DNA from: an uncultured Thermoplasmata archaeon
GTDB lineage: Archaea > Thermoplasmatota > Thermoplasmata > RBG-16-68-12
Assembly: GCA_963768855.1 (NCBI GenBank)
Contig: CAVYJM010000006.1
Span: 1-64,000 of the forward strand
Length of the DNA stretch: 64,000 nucleotides
Direction of reading: 5' to 3'
The notes under the pieces were generated by a model that did not search any database, was not told the origin of the DNA, and saw only the letters and a list, made by a program, of their open reading frames with translations. Each line of letters begins with the position of its first letter. Position 1 is the first letter of the stretch. This document shows, piece after piece, positions 42,388 to 51,560 of this stretch. The position numbers and the translations under genes were made by a program.

Positions 42388-42490
42388 GTTCGGTCCTTTG
42401 TTTCTTTAGCGCTAGGTTTTCGGAGTACTGCGGTACAATTATCAGGTGTCAGGTCTTGTCTTTGTTGTTCTGAAGGATGTCAGACCGCAG

Positions 42491-43039
42491 TCATGCAGCT
42501 TGCTGCACCTCGCTCAACTGCGAGGCAGACTCGCCGCGCCCGCGCGCAAGCAACTCATCGAGGGCCAGGATCACCACCATGGTTTCGTTGACGGGGATGA
42601 TGCCCGAGAGGAAATCCGCCGAATGGCCGCATTCGGCCTCGGGAACGGGGCAGATCTGGCTGCTGTCGATGGTGAGGATGTCCGACACCGCATCGACCAG
42701 GAGGCCCGCCATGCGGTCCTGCGCGGCCACGATGATGATGGCGTGCGAGCGGGAGGCCTCGGTGAGCCCCATGCCGAACCGGCAGCGCAGATCGTAGACC
42801 GGGACGATGATCCCGCGCAGGTTCATCACGCCCAGGATGTAGTCCGGCTGGTTCGGCAGCGGCGTCGTGTCCGTCCACCCTTTGATTTCGCGGACGGCCA
42901 TGATGTCGATGGCGTAACCTTCTTCGCCGATCTTGAAACTGATGAACTGCTTGATGCCGCCGTTTTTTGCTGTAACCAGCCCTGCTGGCGGCGCTTCCGC
43001 GGATTGAACCGCTAGAGTTGTTGTCATTGCTGTCTCCAT
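42491..43039 (-). CDS. cheW: Chemotaxis coupling protein CheW
   Basis: FISF.IGEE.YAIDI..VREI, LGVMNLRG.IVPV.DL, GLLVDAVSDI. Confidence 0.95.
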   Translation of the reverse strand: METAMTTTLAVQSAEAPPAGLVTAKNGGIKQFISFKIGEEGYAIDIMAVREIKGWTDTTPLPNQPDYILGVMNLRGIIVPVYDLRCRFGMGLTEASRSHAIIIVAAQDRMAGLLVDAVSDILTIDSSQICPVPEAECGHSADFLSGIIPVNETMVVILALDELLARGRGESASQLSEVQQAA

Positions 43040-43049
43040 CCGGGATTAA

Positions 43050-45185
43050 TTAGGCTGACGCGTGGACTTCCTCTGCCGTGGGTGCACGCGCTCTTTTTGA
43101 ATAGCTTCTGGACTTGCCTGGCATCGGCCCGTCATCCGCCGGCGCGGCGGCTTCGGGCACGGGCTCGCACACGGTTTCCTCCGCCCACTGCCGCTCCGGC
43201 AGTCTGCAAAGCCCGTCAAGATCGAGTATGAGCGCCACCCGGCCATCGCCCAGGATGGTTGCGCCCGAGATGCCGCGGACGGCATCGAAGTTTTCCAAGA
43301 GGCTTTTGACCACGACTTGCTGCTGGCCGATCAGTTCGTCGACGACGAGCCCCGCCTTGGAGCCGTTCTCGCTTTCGATGACCACCACCAGGGCTTTCCA
43401 CGGGTCGGGAACCTTGCCCTGAACATTCAGGACGCGATGCAGCGAAATGAGGCGGATGTATTCGCCGCGGATCGCCGCGACCTTGGTTCCGCCCGAAAGG
43501 GTGCGGACCTGGTTCTTGTCGGGGCGGATGCTCTCAACGATGCTGCTGAGGGGAAGGATATATTTCTCCTCGCCGGCCGCGACGAGCATCCCGTCCAGCA
43601 CCGCCAGCGTGAGCGGGATCACCAGCGTGAAGCGCGTGCCTTTTCCGGGCGCCGTTTGGATTTGGATGCGGCCGCCGATATTGGTGATGTTGCGCCGGAC
43701 GACATCCATGCCGACGCCGCGCCCAGAGATTTCGGTGACCTTTTCCGCCGTCGAAAAGCCTGGAGCGAAAAGCAGATTGTAAACTTCGTCGTCGCTGAGC
43801 TTCTGGTCCTCGCGGACGATGCCCTTGGCGATGGCGCTCCTGAGCACCTTCGCGCGGTCGATGCCCGCGCCGTCGTCGGCGATGGTGATGAGGATATTGC
43901 TGGCGCGCTGCGACGCGGAAAGCTCGATGGTCGCTTCCTCGGGCTTGCCGGCGGCGCGCCTTACCTCATCGTCCTCGATGCCATGGTCGATGGCATTACG
44001 GATCATGTGCGTAATAGGGTCCGCAAGCTCCTCGATGACGGTCTTGTCCACCTCGGTTTGATCGCCGGAGGTGACGAGCCGCACTTTCTTGCCAAGCTTC
44101 GATGAAATATCGCGGACCAGCCGCGGCATGCGCGCGAACACGGAGCGGACCGGCTGCATGCGGATCGCCATCACGCATTCCTGCAATTGCCTGGTCTGGG
44201 CCGCCAGCTCCTCGCTGCCCTTGCTCCATTGATGACGCTGCCCGCCGCCGCTCTCGGAGAGTTGCTGCGCGAGCATGGCTTGCGTGATGACGAGTTCGCC
44301 AACCATGTTCACGAGCCGGTCGACGCGCGCCAAATCGACCCTGATGGATGTCGAGCCCTTGGACGCGGGGATGCCGCCGCCATGCAGATCGGGGTTGGCA
44401 GGGTCTGGCGCGGCTGCCCCTTTCTCGTGCCCGCTTGCGGCTTCGTGCTTGACGCCCGCCTCTTCTATTTGGAGGAGGCATTCCTCATCGACGAACTCAA
44501 ATACCTCGGCCACGGCGGATTTGGGTGCCTTCGTGGTGAGGTGAAAGACGAAAGACAGGTAAGCGGCCTCGGGATCGAGATGGGTCAAGTCGGGCAATTT
44601 GGATGTGTCGCATTCGACCTGCAGCTTGCCCAAGTGCTTGAGCTCCCGGATGAGCAAAAGCGGCTCGTTTGCGTGGCGGAAAAGCTCGCGGTGCGGCTCG
44701 AAGACGATCCGGTAGGTATGAGTGCGTTCCGCGGCTTCGCGATGAGCCTTCGCCGGAGCGCTTCCGGCCGGCGTCTCCGGCGTGCCAAGCAGCTCATGAA
44801 GCTCCGACATGACGCTGTCGCCGAAATCGGAAGGCAGGGCGCGCGAGGACCGCGCGGCGTCCACCAGCTCCGCCAAAAGGTCCGCGCCGCGCACGACCGC
44901 ACTGAAAACCTGCGCGTTCCGCTGAATGCGATTGCTGCGCAGCCGGTCCAGCAACGCCTCGAAGACATGCGCGAACTTTACAAGCTGGGTGAAATTGAAT
45001 GCCGCGGCGCCCGCCTTGATCGAATGGACCACGCGGAAAACCGCATTCAAACCCTCGCTGTCGATGTTTCCCGCCTGCAAGGAAGGCAGGCGCTCTTCGA
45101 GATCCTGCAGAAGTTCGGTGCACTCCTCGAAAAATGTCGCTTGGAAGCGCTCCGTATCGGCTAACGTCGGTGCAGTGGCGGACAT
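43050..45185 (-). CDS. cheA: Chemotaxis histidine kinase CheA (upstream TTG at 45200 is also possible)
   Basis: HPT FRVVHSIKAGA, SIRVD..RVD.LVNMVGELVI, HMIRNAIDHG, SGRGVGMDVV, CheW-like domain. Confidence 0.97.
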   Translation of the reverse strand: MSATAPTLADTERFQATFFEECTELLQDLEERLPSLQAGNIDSEGLNAVFRVVHSIKAGAAAFNFTQLVKFAHVFEALLDRLRSNRIQRNAQVFSAVVRGADLLAELVDAARSSRALPSDFGDSVMSELHELLGTPETPAGSAPAKAHREAAERTHTYRIVFEPHRELFRHANEPLLLIRELKHLGKLQVECDTSKLPDLTHLDPEAAYLSFVFHLTTKAPKSAVAEVFEFVDEECLLQIEEAGVKHEAASGHEKGAAAPDPANPDLHGGGIPASKGSTSIRVDLARVDRLVNMVGELVITQAMLAQQLSESGGGQRHQWSKGSEELAAQTRQLQECVMAIRMQPVRSVFARMPRLVRDISSKLGKKVRLVTSGDQTEVDKTVIEELADPITHMIRNAIDHGIEDDEVRRAAGKPEEATIELSASQRASNILITIADDGAGIDRAKVLRSAIAKGIVREDQKLSDDEVYNLLFAPGFSTAEKVTEISGRGVGMDVVRRNITNIGGRIQIQTAPGKGTRFTLVIPLTLAVLDGMLVAAGEEKYILPLSSIVESIRPDKNQVRTLSGGTKVAAIRGEYIRLISLHRVLNVQGKVPDPWKALVVVIESENGSKAGLVVDELIGQQQVVVKSLLENFDAVRGISGATILGDGRVALILDLDGLCRLPERQWAEETVCEPVPEAAAPADDGPMPGKSRSYSKRARAPTAEEVHASA

Positions 45186-45206
45186 GTTGGCGGCTTTCAA
45201 TGGATT

Positions 45207-45572
45207 TTAGGGGCAGACCTTGTTGACGACCTGAAGCAGCTTGTCGGGCGCGAAAGGCTTGACGATCCAGCCGGTGGCGCCGGCCTGCTTGCCCGCCTGC
45301 TTCTTGTCGTCGCCGCCCTCGGTGGTCAGGATCAGTATCGGAATGGCTTTGAATTTCGCCTGCGCGCGGAGCTGCTTGACCAGCGTGACGCCGTCCATGT
45401 TCGGCATGTTGATGTCGGTGATGATCGCGTCGACGCTCGTCTTGCCAAGCAGGGCGAGCGCCTTGACGCCGTCCTCGGCTTCGAAGACTTCGAAGCCCGC
45501 GCCCTTCAGCGTGAAGGCAACCATGTCCCGCATGGTCTTCGAATCGTCGACGGTCAGTATCCGCTTAGCCAT
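45207..45572 (-). CDS. cheY: Chemotaxis response regulator CheY
   Basis: ILTVDDS, ITDINMP, LTTE, GWIVKPF. Confidence 0.95.
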   Translation of the reverse strand: MAKRILTVDDSKTMRDMVAFTLKGAGFEVFEAEDGVKALALLGKTSVDAIITDINMPNMDGVTLVKQLRAQAKFKAIPILILTTEGGDDKKQAGKQAGATGWIVKPFAPDKLLQVVNKVCP

Positions 45573-45873
45573 TCGCCGCTCTCCACTCGCTTAACTGGTT
45601 TGGAAGGCCGAGGCTCTCGAACGCTTCCTGCAGGGCCGGCGAAGGACTGGTAAGAATGAGCTTGCCGCCGCTGGCTAGCGCGCTTTGCGAGGCCGCAAGC
45701 AGAACTTGCACGCCCGGCGTCGATACCTGGTTGATTTTGGAGCCGTTCAGCCGCAGCACGGGGCTTTGCTCAAGGGCGCCCGCGAGGCTGTCCTGCAGTT
45801 CCTGCACATTACCGATATCCAGAATCGCCGGTAGCGTGAGCGCCTTGGCCCGCTGCCGTGGTGCCGCCTTCAT
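45565..45873 (-). CDS. STAS-domain protein heading the che operon
   Basis: L.LP..LDI..V.EL..L...L....L.L.G..I..V.T.G.Q.LLAA; overlaps the cheY start. Confidence 0.8.
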   Translation of the reverse strand: MKAAPRQRAKALTLPAILDIGNVQELQDSLAGALEQSPVLRLNGSKINQVSTPGVQVLLAASQSALASGGKLILTSPSPALQEAFESLGLPNQLSEWRAANG

Positions 45874-45912
45874 GCCGAAGCCTCATTGCTTGCAATATTC
45901 CGCCAGCCGCAG

Positions 45913-45927
45913 GCAGATGGTATGCCA
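45913..45927 (-). promoter_or_regulatory. Candidate sigma54 -24/-12 promoter of the che operon
   Basis: TGGCATACCATCTGC (GG-N10-GC), 40 bp upstream of the STAS start codon. Confidence 0.45.
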
Positions 45928-46151
45928 TCCGCACTTGCAACCTTCAGTATATGTAGCGGGCAATGTTTAACCGCAGGTTTCGGTGGAAACTAAAGGACTT
46001 GGCATACGCACGGTTTCTCAAGCCCGGATCAAGGCACGCCAGTCAAATCAGCAAAATGTGCGAGGCGTCACGGCTTTACTTCGGAGGGGACCGTAAATAT
46101 TACTCGGCGTTAACCATTTGGCGCGGCCGAAATAGCACGCTTGGCTGGCCG

Positions 46152-46502
46152 TCAAGGCCGGGCTGGCGGCGGTGGGATATCACCGTGGCGGCGTGGAATC
46201 AGATGGACATGGGCGTGCAGGATCTTCTGCCCCGCTGCTTCGCCGATATTCGAGCCAAAATTAAATCCCGCGACGCTTGGATCGAGCCGCTCGATCTCTT
46301 GGCGGCATTGCTGGGCAATCGCGTGGATGGCCTCTCGTTCTTCTTCGCTGGCCGCGAAAATATCGGTGACATGCCGCTTGGGGATTATGAGAGTGTGGAG
46401 CGGCTTAATGGGAAACTTGTCGCGAACCGCAAACGCCAGCCGGTTTTCCGCGATAACTGTTAGCGCCCGGAAGTCGCAGAATGTGCAATCACGCTGGGGC
46501 AT
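46152..46502 (-). CDS. HIT-family nucleotide hydrolase
   Basis: CTFC zinc motif, LIIPKRHV, NIGEAAGQ, HAHVHLIPR histidine triad. Confidence 0.92.
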   Translation of the reverse strand: MPQRDCTFCDFRALTVIAENRLAFAVRDKFPIKPLHTLIIPKRHVTDIFAASEEEREAIHAIAQQCRQEIERLDPSVAGFNFGSNIGEAAGQKILHAHVHLIPRRHGDIPPPPARP

Positions 46503-46616
46503 CTTGGCTGCTCCCTATCTCCAAAAGCCGGCAGCGGCGCCAGGCCGCTGAAATGAGAATTACTCAAACCGTGCCGGTCTGTATAGAGGTAGGCGATATT
46601 GAAGGGTGTGGGGCGC

Positions 46617-46725
46617 ATGTTTGGAAGGATGCTCGCCGTATGCGCGGCGCTGTTTTTCGGGCTCGGCCCGGCGTAGCCCGGCCGGGTGGCGCTCGTCATC
46701 GGCCAGAACGCCGCCTATTGCCGCG
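46617..46725 (+). pseudogene. Possible relic of a secreted caspase-like (peptidase C14) gene
   Basis: MFGRMLAVCAALFFGLGPA*PGRVALVIGQNAAY: a signal-peptide-like segment, an in-frame TAG, then an RVALVIG..Y motif. Confidence 0.4.
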
Positions 46726-46733
46726 GCGCAAAT

Positions 46734-47081
46734 TTAGCAATCGTTGGCTGCGAGTTCTGCGCGGCAGGCCTCGTAGAGTAATGGCAGGTCGTGCCTGACC
46801 ACGTGCCAAAGCACATCGTAGGCAACGCGTTCGTAATCGTGCCGGATGATGTTGCCGATACCTGCCACTTTCGGCCAGGGGATTTGCGGGTGGCGCTGCT
46901 TGAGACCGGCGTCGAGATGGCGGCTTGCTTCGGAAATAATCTCGATACCGCGTTCAACCAGCCAGCGTTTGCGCATATCGGTTGCGAAGGCTTGGAGAGT
47001 AACCTCAGCCATTTCGCCATCGATGAGCTCGATAGCGTCCACGATATCGGCCAAGCGAAGATTTTGAGACCGTTCGCCCAT
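46734..47081 (-). CDS. HEPN (DUF86/HepT-like) ribonuclease toxin
   Basis: LVERGIEIISEASRHL, PWPKVAGIGNIIRHDY, VLWHVV..DLP.L; coupled to the upstream gene by a TGATG overlap. Confidence 0.88.
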   Translation of the reverse strand: MGERSQNLRLADIVDAIELIDGEMAEVTLQAFATDMRKRWLVERGIEIISEASRHLDAGLKQRHPQIPWPKVAGIGNIIRHDYERVAYDVLWHVVRHDLPLLYEACRAELAANDC

Positions 47082-47374
47082 CAGAATATCTGGAGGGCCG
47101 AGGCTTCTATACGCTGTTTCAGCCGCGGATGCAGGCTGCGGCGCGTCATGATATCGGTTTTGCAACCCAGAAAACGCGCCGCGGCGGCCTTAACGTCCAT
47201 CAATTGAAAGAGCCCAAGAGACCCTTCCGGATGATCGAAAAACAGGTCCACGTCCGAGTCCTCGCGGGCCTCGCCGCGCACCGTGGAGCCGAACAGGTAC
47301 AGATGCTCGACGCCCAGCTGTTTAAGGTCGGGCTCGTGCTGCTTCAATCGTGAAATGACTTCGTCGCGCGTCAT
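47081..47374 (-). CDS. Minimal nucleotidyltransferase (MntA-like antitoxin)
   Basis: LYLFGSTVRGEAREDSDVDLF...TRRSLHPRLK.RIE. Confidence 0.9.
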   Translation of the reverse strand: MTRDEVISRLKQHEPDLKQLGVEHLYLFGSTVRGEAREDSDVDLFFDHPEGSLGLFQLMDVKAAAARFLGCKTDIMTRRSLHPRLKQRIEASALQIF

Positions 47375-47406
47375 GACTAACTTTAGCATGATCGCGGGCC
47401 GTTTTG

Positions 47407-48607
47407 CTACGGGGCGGATGCGCCGGCTTCGGCGAGCGCCGCGAAGCCGCGTTCGAGGTCGCGCTTCAGGTCTCCCACGTCCTCCAGGCCGATGTGCAGG
47501 CGCAGCGCGGGGCCTTCCGCCTTCCAAGCGGTGGCGGTGCGCGCGGCGGTGCAGTCGAACGGCACGATAAGGCTCTCGAACCCGCCCCAGGAATAGCCCA
47601 TGCCGAAGATTTCGAGCGCGTTCAGCATGCGCTGGACGGCCTGCTTCGAGCACGGCCTCAGGATGATCGAGAACAGGCCGGCCGCGCCCTTGAAGTCGCG
47701 TTTCCAAAGCTCGTGGCCGGGAGCGCCGGGCAACGCAGGATGCAGGACTTCCGCGACCTCCGGCCGGGCGCGCAGCCACGCCGCGATATCGAGCCCCGAC
47801 CGCCAATGCCGCTCCAGGCGCACCGCCAGCGTCCGCAAGCCGCGCAGCGCCAGGAAGCAATCCTCGCCATTGGCGCACAGCCCGTATGCCTCATGCGTCG
47901 AGGCGATGGCCGCCGCGGCCGGCTCGTCGCAGATGATGGCGCCGAGCAGCGCGTCGGCGTGGCCCACGATGTATTTCGTGCACGACTGGATCGAGATGTT
48001 CACCCCGTGCTCGAAGGCCGGGAAATAAAGCGGCGTGCCCCAGGTGTTGTCGATGGCCACGGGCACGCCCTTAGCCCGGGCCGCCTTGCAGATCGCGGGG
48101 ATGTCCTGGACCTCGAAGGTTTGCGAGCCGGGCAATTCCGTGAGGACCAGCTTTGTGTTGGCGCGAAGAAGCGCGGCGATGCCAGCGCCGGCCAGCGGAT
48201 CGTAATATTCGACCTCAACGCCCATCCGCTTGAGCACGCGCCCTGCAAAGCGCCGCGTCGGATAATAGACGCTATCGGCGATCAGCATATGGCCGCCGGC
48301 TTCGGCGAAGGTCAGCAGCGTTGTCGAAATGGCGCTGAGCCCGGAGGGCGTGAGAAAGGTCCGCGCGCCCCCTTCGAGTGTTGCGAGCGCCGTTTCGAGC
48401 GCGCGCGTGGTGGGATTCGACGGGCGGCCATAGGTATACTCGACCTCGCGCGAACTCGAGCGTTTCCGCATCGGGGAACAGCACGGTCGAGCCCCGGAAC
48501 ACGGGCGTGTTGACGAACCCATGATAGGCGCTGGGCTTGCGGCCGAGCCGCGTCAGCGCTGTTTCAACATCGAAGCCGCCCGCGTCTGCCTTGTCATCGC
48601 TTCCCAT
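47407..48607 (-). CDS. metC: Cystathionine beta-lyase (indel near 48450)
   Basis: VNTPVFRGSTVLF, YGRPSNPT, DNTWG.PL, QSCTKYIVGHAD, GYSWGGFESL, LRLHIGLED. Confidence 0.93.
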
Positions 48608-48806
48608 GCCCGGCCTTCCAAAAGAATCGTGTTTGCGTTGCGGTGCATGATACCGGTCTTGGATTGGCCGTGCACCCCTGCTTTCGCCTTTGCCGCGCCA
48701 GCCAGCCGGCCGGTTTCATCCACAGTTGCCGGCGATTGCCGTTTGCCGCGCCCCAGCTTGCCGCTTATGCTTGGCTTTCCCGCGGAAATAGCAGAGAGAG
48801 GGAGCG

Positions 48807-49274
48807 ATGGACCCGGACTTGGTGCGCGAGCAGGCCGAAGCCGAACGCGAAGCCTTGGCGCTGCTACGGAAAAAGCCGGCTGGGCCTGCGCCTGCAAATG
48901 CTGCCTCTATTCCGTATGCGATCCTGGCAGACGCCGTTCAAGACGCAGCGCCGCCTCCGCATGAAGAACCGGCGGCCATCCCCGCCATGACGGCGCTTCA
49001 GGCGCCTGCCGCCGCCTTGCCAGACGCGCAGCCGCCTGAGCCGCAAGCAGCGCCTGCTCCCCGGCGCGAGGGGCTTTCCATGGCGGCACGGCTTGGGCGG
49101 TTCATTTCGTTCGGCCTTGCCGGCGCAATGCTCGGCGGCGGGCTTGGCATCGTGGCGGCGAACTACATGCAGCTTCCGGCGGATTTGGCGAAGCTCGCGA
49201 TCTTCGGCCCCGCCGCAGTTCTTGCGGGGGCCTGCGCCATCGCGTCTCTCTTTGCGGAGGCGTCTTACGAATAG
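48807..49274 (+). CDS. Hypothetical protein: Pro/Ala-rich N-terminus and two C-terminal transmembrane helices
   Basis: 155-aa ORF with high-GC codon usage, a GGAG SD, and hydrophobic segments FISFGLAGAMLGGGLGIVAA and LAIFGPAAVLAGACAIASLF. Confidence 0.6.
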   Translation: MDPDLVREQAEAEREALALLRKKPAGPAPANAASIPYAILADAVQDAAPPPHEEPAAIPAMTALQAPAAALPDAQPPEPQAAPAPRREGLSMAARLGRFISFGLAGAMLGGGLGIVAANYMQLPADLAKLAIFGPAAVLAGACAIASLFAEASYE

Positions 49275-49325
49275 TGGCAGGCGCGAGGATGCGGGAACCT
49301 TACACCAAGCCGCAGTATGCGTGGC

Positions 49326-49483
49326 TTACCCCTCACCCTGTCCCTCTCCCGGCAAGCTCGCCTTGGCGAGCTTGCAACTCAACGTGGCCGCATCCGCAAG
49401 CGGATGCGGCGGGGAGAGGGGACGCCTTCTCAACGGGCACACCTTCCCCTCTCCCCTCGCGGGAGAGGGCTGGGGTGAGGGGG
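49326..49483. repeat. Family A repeat, copy 7, with nested cassette (49352-49410)
   Basis: TTACCCCTCACCCTGTCCCTCTCCCG-[GCAAGCTCGCCTTGGCGAGCTTGC-AACTCAACGTG-GCCGCATCCGCAAGCGGATGCGGC]-GGGGAGAGGG ... GGGTGAGGGG. Confidence 0.87.
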
Positions 49484-49493
49484 CTTTTTCCTG

Positions 49494-50834
49494 CTAAGGC
49501 CGTGCGTCGAGCGGCACGTAATCGCGCAACGTCTCGCCGATATAGAGCTGGCGCGGCCGGCCGATCTTTTGCTCCGGATCGGCGATCATTTCCTTCCACT
49601 GGGCGATCCAGCCCACCGTGCGCGCGATGGCGAACAGCACCGTGAACATCGAGGTCGGGAAGCCCAGCGCCTTCAGCGTGATGCCGGAATAGAAGTCGAT
49701 GTTCGGATAGAGCTTCTTCTCGATGAAGTATTCGTCCTCAAGCGCGATGCGCTCAAGCTCCATCGCCACCTGCAGAGAGCGGGTCGTTCTTGATGCCGAC
49801 GATCTCAAGCACTTCCTTGCAGGTCTTCTGCATCACCCGCGCGCGCGGATCGTAGTTCTTGTAAACTCGGTGCCCGAAGCCGCTCAGGCGGAAGTTGTCG
49901 TTCTTGTCCTTCGCGCGCTTGATGAACTCGGGGATGCGGTCGACCGTGCCGATCTCCATCAGCATCTTGAGCGCGGCTTCGTTCGCGCCGCCGTGCGCCG
50001 GGCCCCACAGGCAGGCGATGCCGGCCGCGATGCAGGCGAACGGGTTGGCGCCGGAGGAGCCCGCCAGCCGCACCGTCGAGGTGGAGGCGTTTTGCTCGTG
50101 ATCGGCGTGCAGGATCGAAGATGCGGTCCATCGCCCGGCTCAGCACCGGGTTGACCTTATATTCCTCGCTCGGCACCGCGAACGTCATGTAGAGGAAGTT
50201 CGAGGCGTAATCGAGTTCGTTCCGCGGATAGATGAACGGCTGCCCGATGGAATATTTGTAGGCCATCGCGGCGATGGTCGGCATCTTGGCGATCATGCGG
50301 ATCGAGGCGATGTCGCGCTGCACCGGATCGGTGATGTCGATGGAGTCGTGATAGAAGGCCGACAGCGCGCCGACCGTGCCGATCATGACGGCCATCGGAT
50401 GCGCGTCGCGGCGGAACCCGGAGAAGAACCGGTTCATCTGCTCGTGCGTCATCGTGTGGTAGGTGACGCGGTTCTTGAAGTCCAGATATTGCTGCTTGCT
50501 CGGCAGGTCGCCGTACAAGCAGGATGTGGCAGGTTTCGAGGAAGTTGCCTTGCTCGGCAAGCTGCTCGATGGGGTAGCCGCGATAGAGCAGGACGCCCTT
50601 GTCGCCGTCGATGTAGGTGATGTCGGATTTGCACGCGGCCGTCGACGTGAAGCCGGGGTCGTAGGTGAACGCGCCGGATTGGCCATAGAGCTTCGATATA
50701 TCGAGGACATCGGGGCCGACGCTGCCGGAGAATACCGGAAGCTCGTACTGCTTGTTGTGCAGCGTGAGCGTCGCGGAACCGGTCTGCTTAGCCGCCTCTT
50801 GCTTATGCGACGTGTTAGGATCGATGGAGCTCAT
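49494..50834 (-). CDS. gltA: Type II citrate synthase (several indels)
   Basis: [35 protein letters not shown] (reconstructed across an indel), [28 protein letters not shown]. Confidence 0.95.
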
Positions 50835-50995
50835 GCCCTTCTCCTAGTGGAATGCAGAGGGCGCGGCATAGGCGCGCACACGGGCGGAAATTGACACGGC
50901 TTGTGCCAAATTTGCTAGTCCAATTTTGCAGTGCACTATAAATGTGCAACTGCACAAGTTCGTGTGCCGCCGGCCCTGGCGTGGCGTGTGGAAAT

Positions 50996-51160
50996 CCCCC
51001 CTCGCTCTGTCTCTCCCCGCGCAAGCACGCCTTGGCGTGCCTGCAACTCAACGTGTCCGCATCCGCAAGCGGTTGCCGAGAGGGTACGTGCCCTATCCGC
51101 AAGGTAGAGCGTAATTCTGGGGTTCCTTCTCCCCTTGCGGGAGAAGGACAGGATGAGGGG
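50996..51160. repeat. Family A repeat, copy 8, with a degenerate nested cassette (about 51021-51076)
   Basis: CCCCCTCGCTCTGTCTCTCCCC-[GCAAGCACGCCTTGGCGTGCCTGC-AACTCAACGTG-TCCGCATCCGCAAGCGGTTGC] ... CCTTCTCCCCTTGCGGGAGAAGGACAGGATGAGGGG. Confidence 0.8.
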
Positions 51161-51560
51161 TAGGCCCCATACGATGCCTACTAAGACGCCCTATAGCCGC
51201 AATATAGTTAATATTTGCATGGTAAACGCGCGCGCGGCATAATTTCCGCCGCCGTAAAGATCGTGATTTTTTCCATTTTTACCCCCAAATCTGCAATTCA
51301 GAAAATCCGGTTAAACATAGATTATTGCGCGCGTTAACTATAATGCGCCATCTACGATTGCAACGTAAGCCATTGCAACTCTTGCCGTTGCTTGGCTTTG
51401 TCAGACTTTATCTCGCTCAATCAGCAACTTAGCGCAATTAAAGCTTCCGCAAGGCGCATTCGCTTATAATGCACCATGAAACAAGCCGCTTCATCCGGCG
51501 CTAAACTAATTAGATATATCCAGTAAATGCGGTTAATCGGTGCTTAAAGCGCGATGGCTC

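Noticed and set aside
45963-46463. 166-aa ORF upstream of the che operon
   Set aside because: It is mostly antisense to the HIT gene, its first part lies in the AT-rich che promoter region, and its composition is not gene-like.
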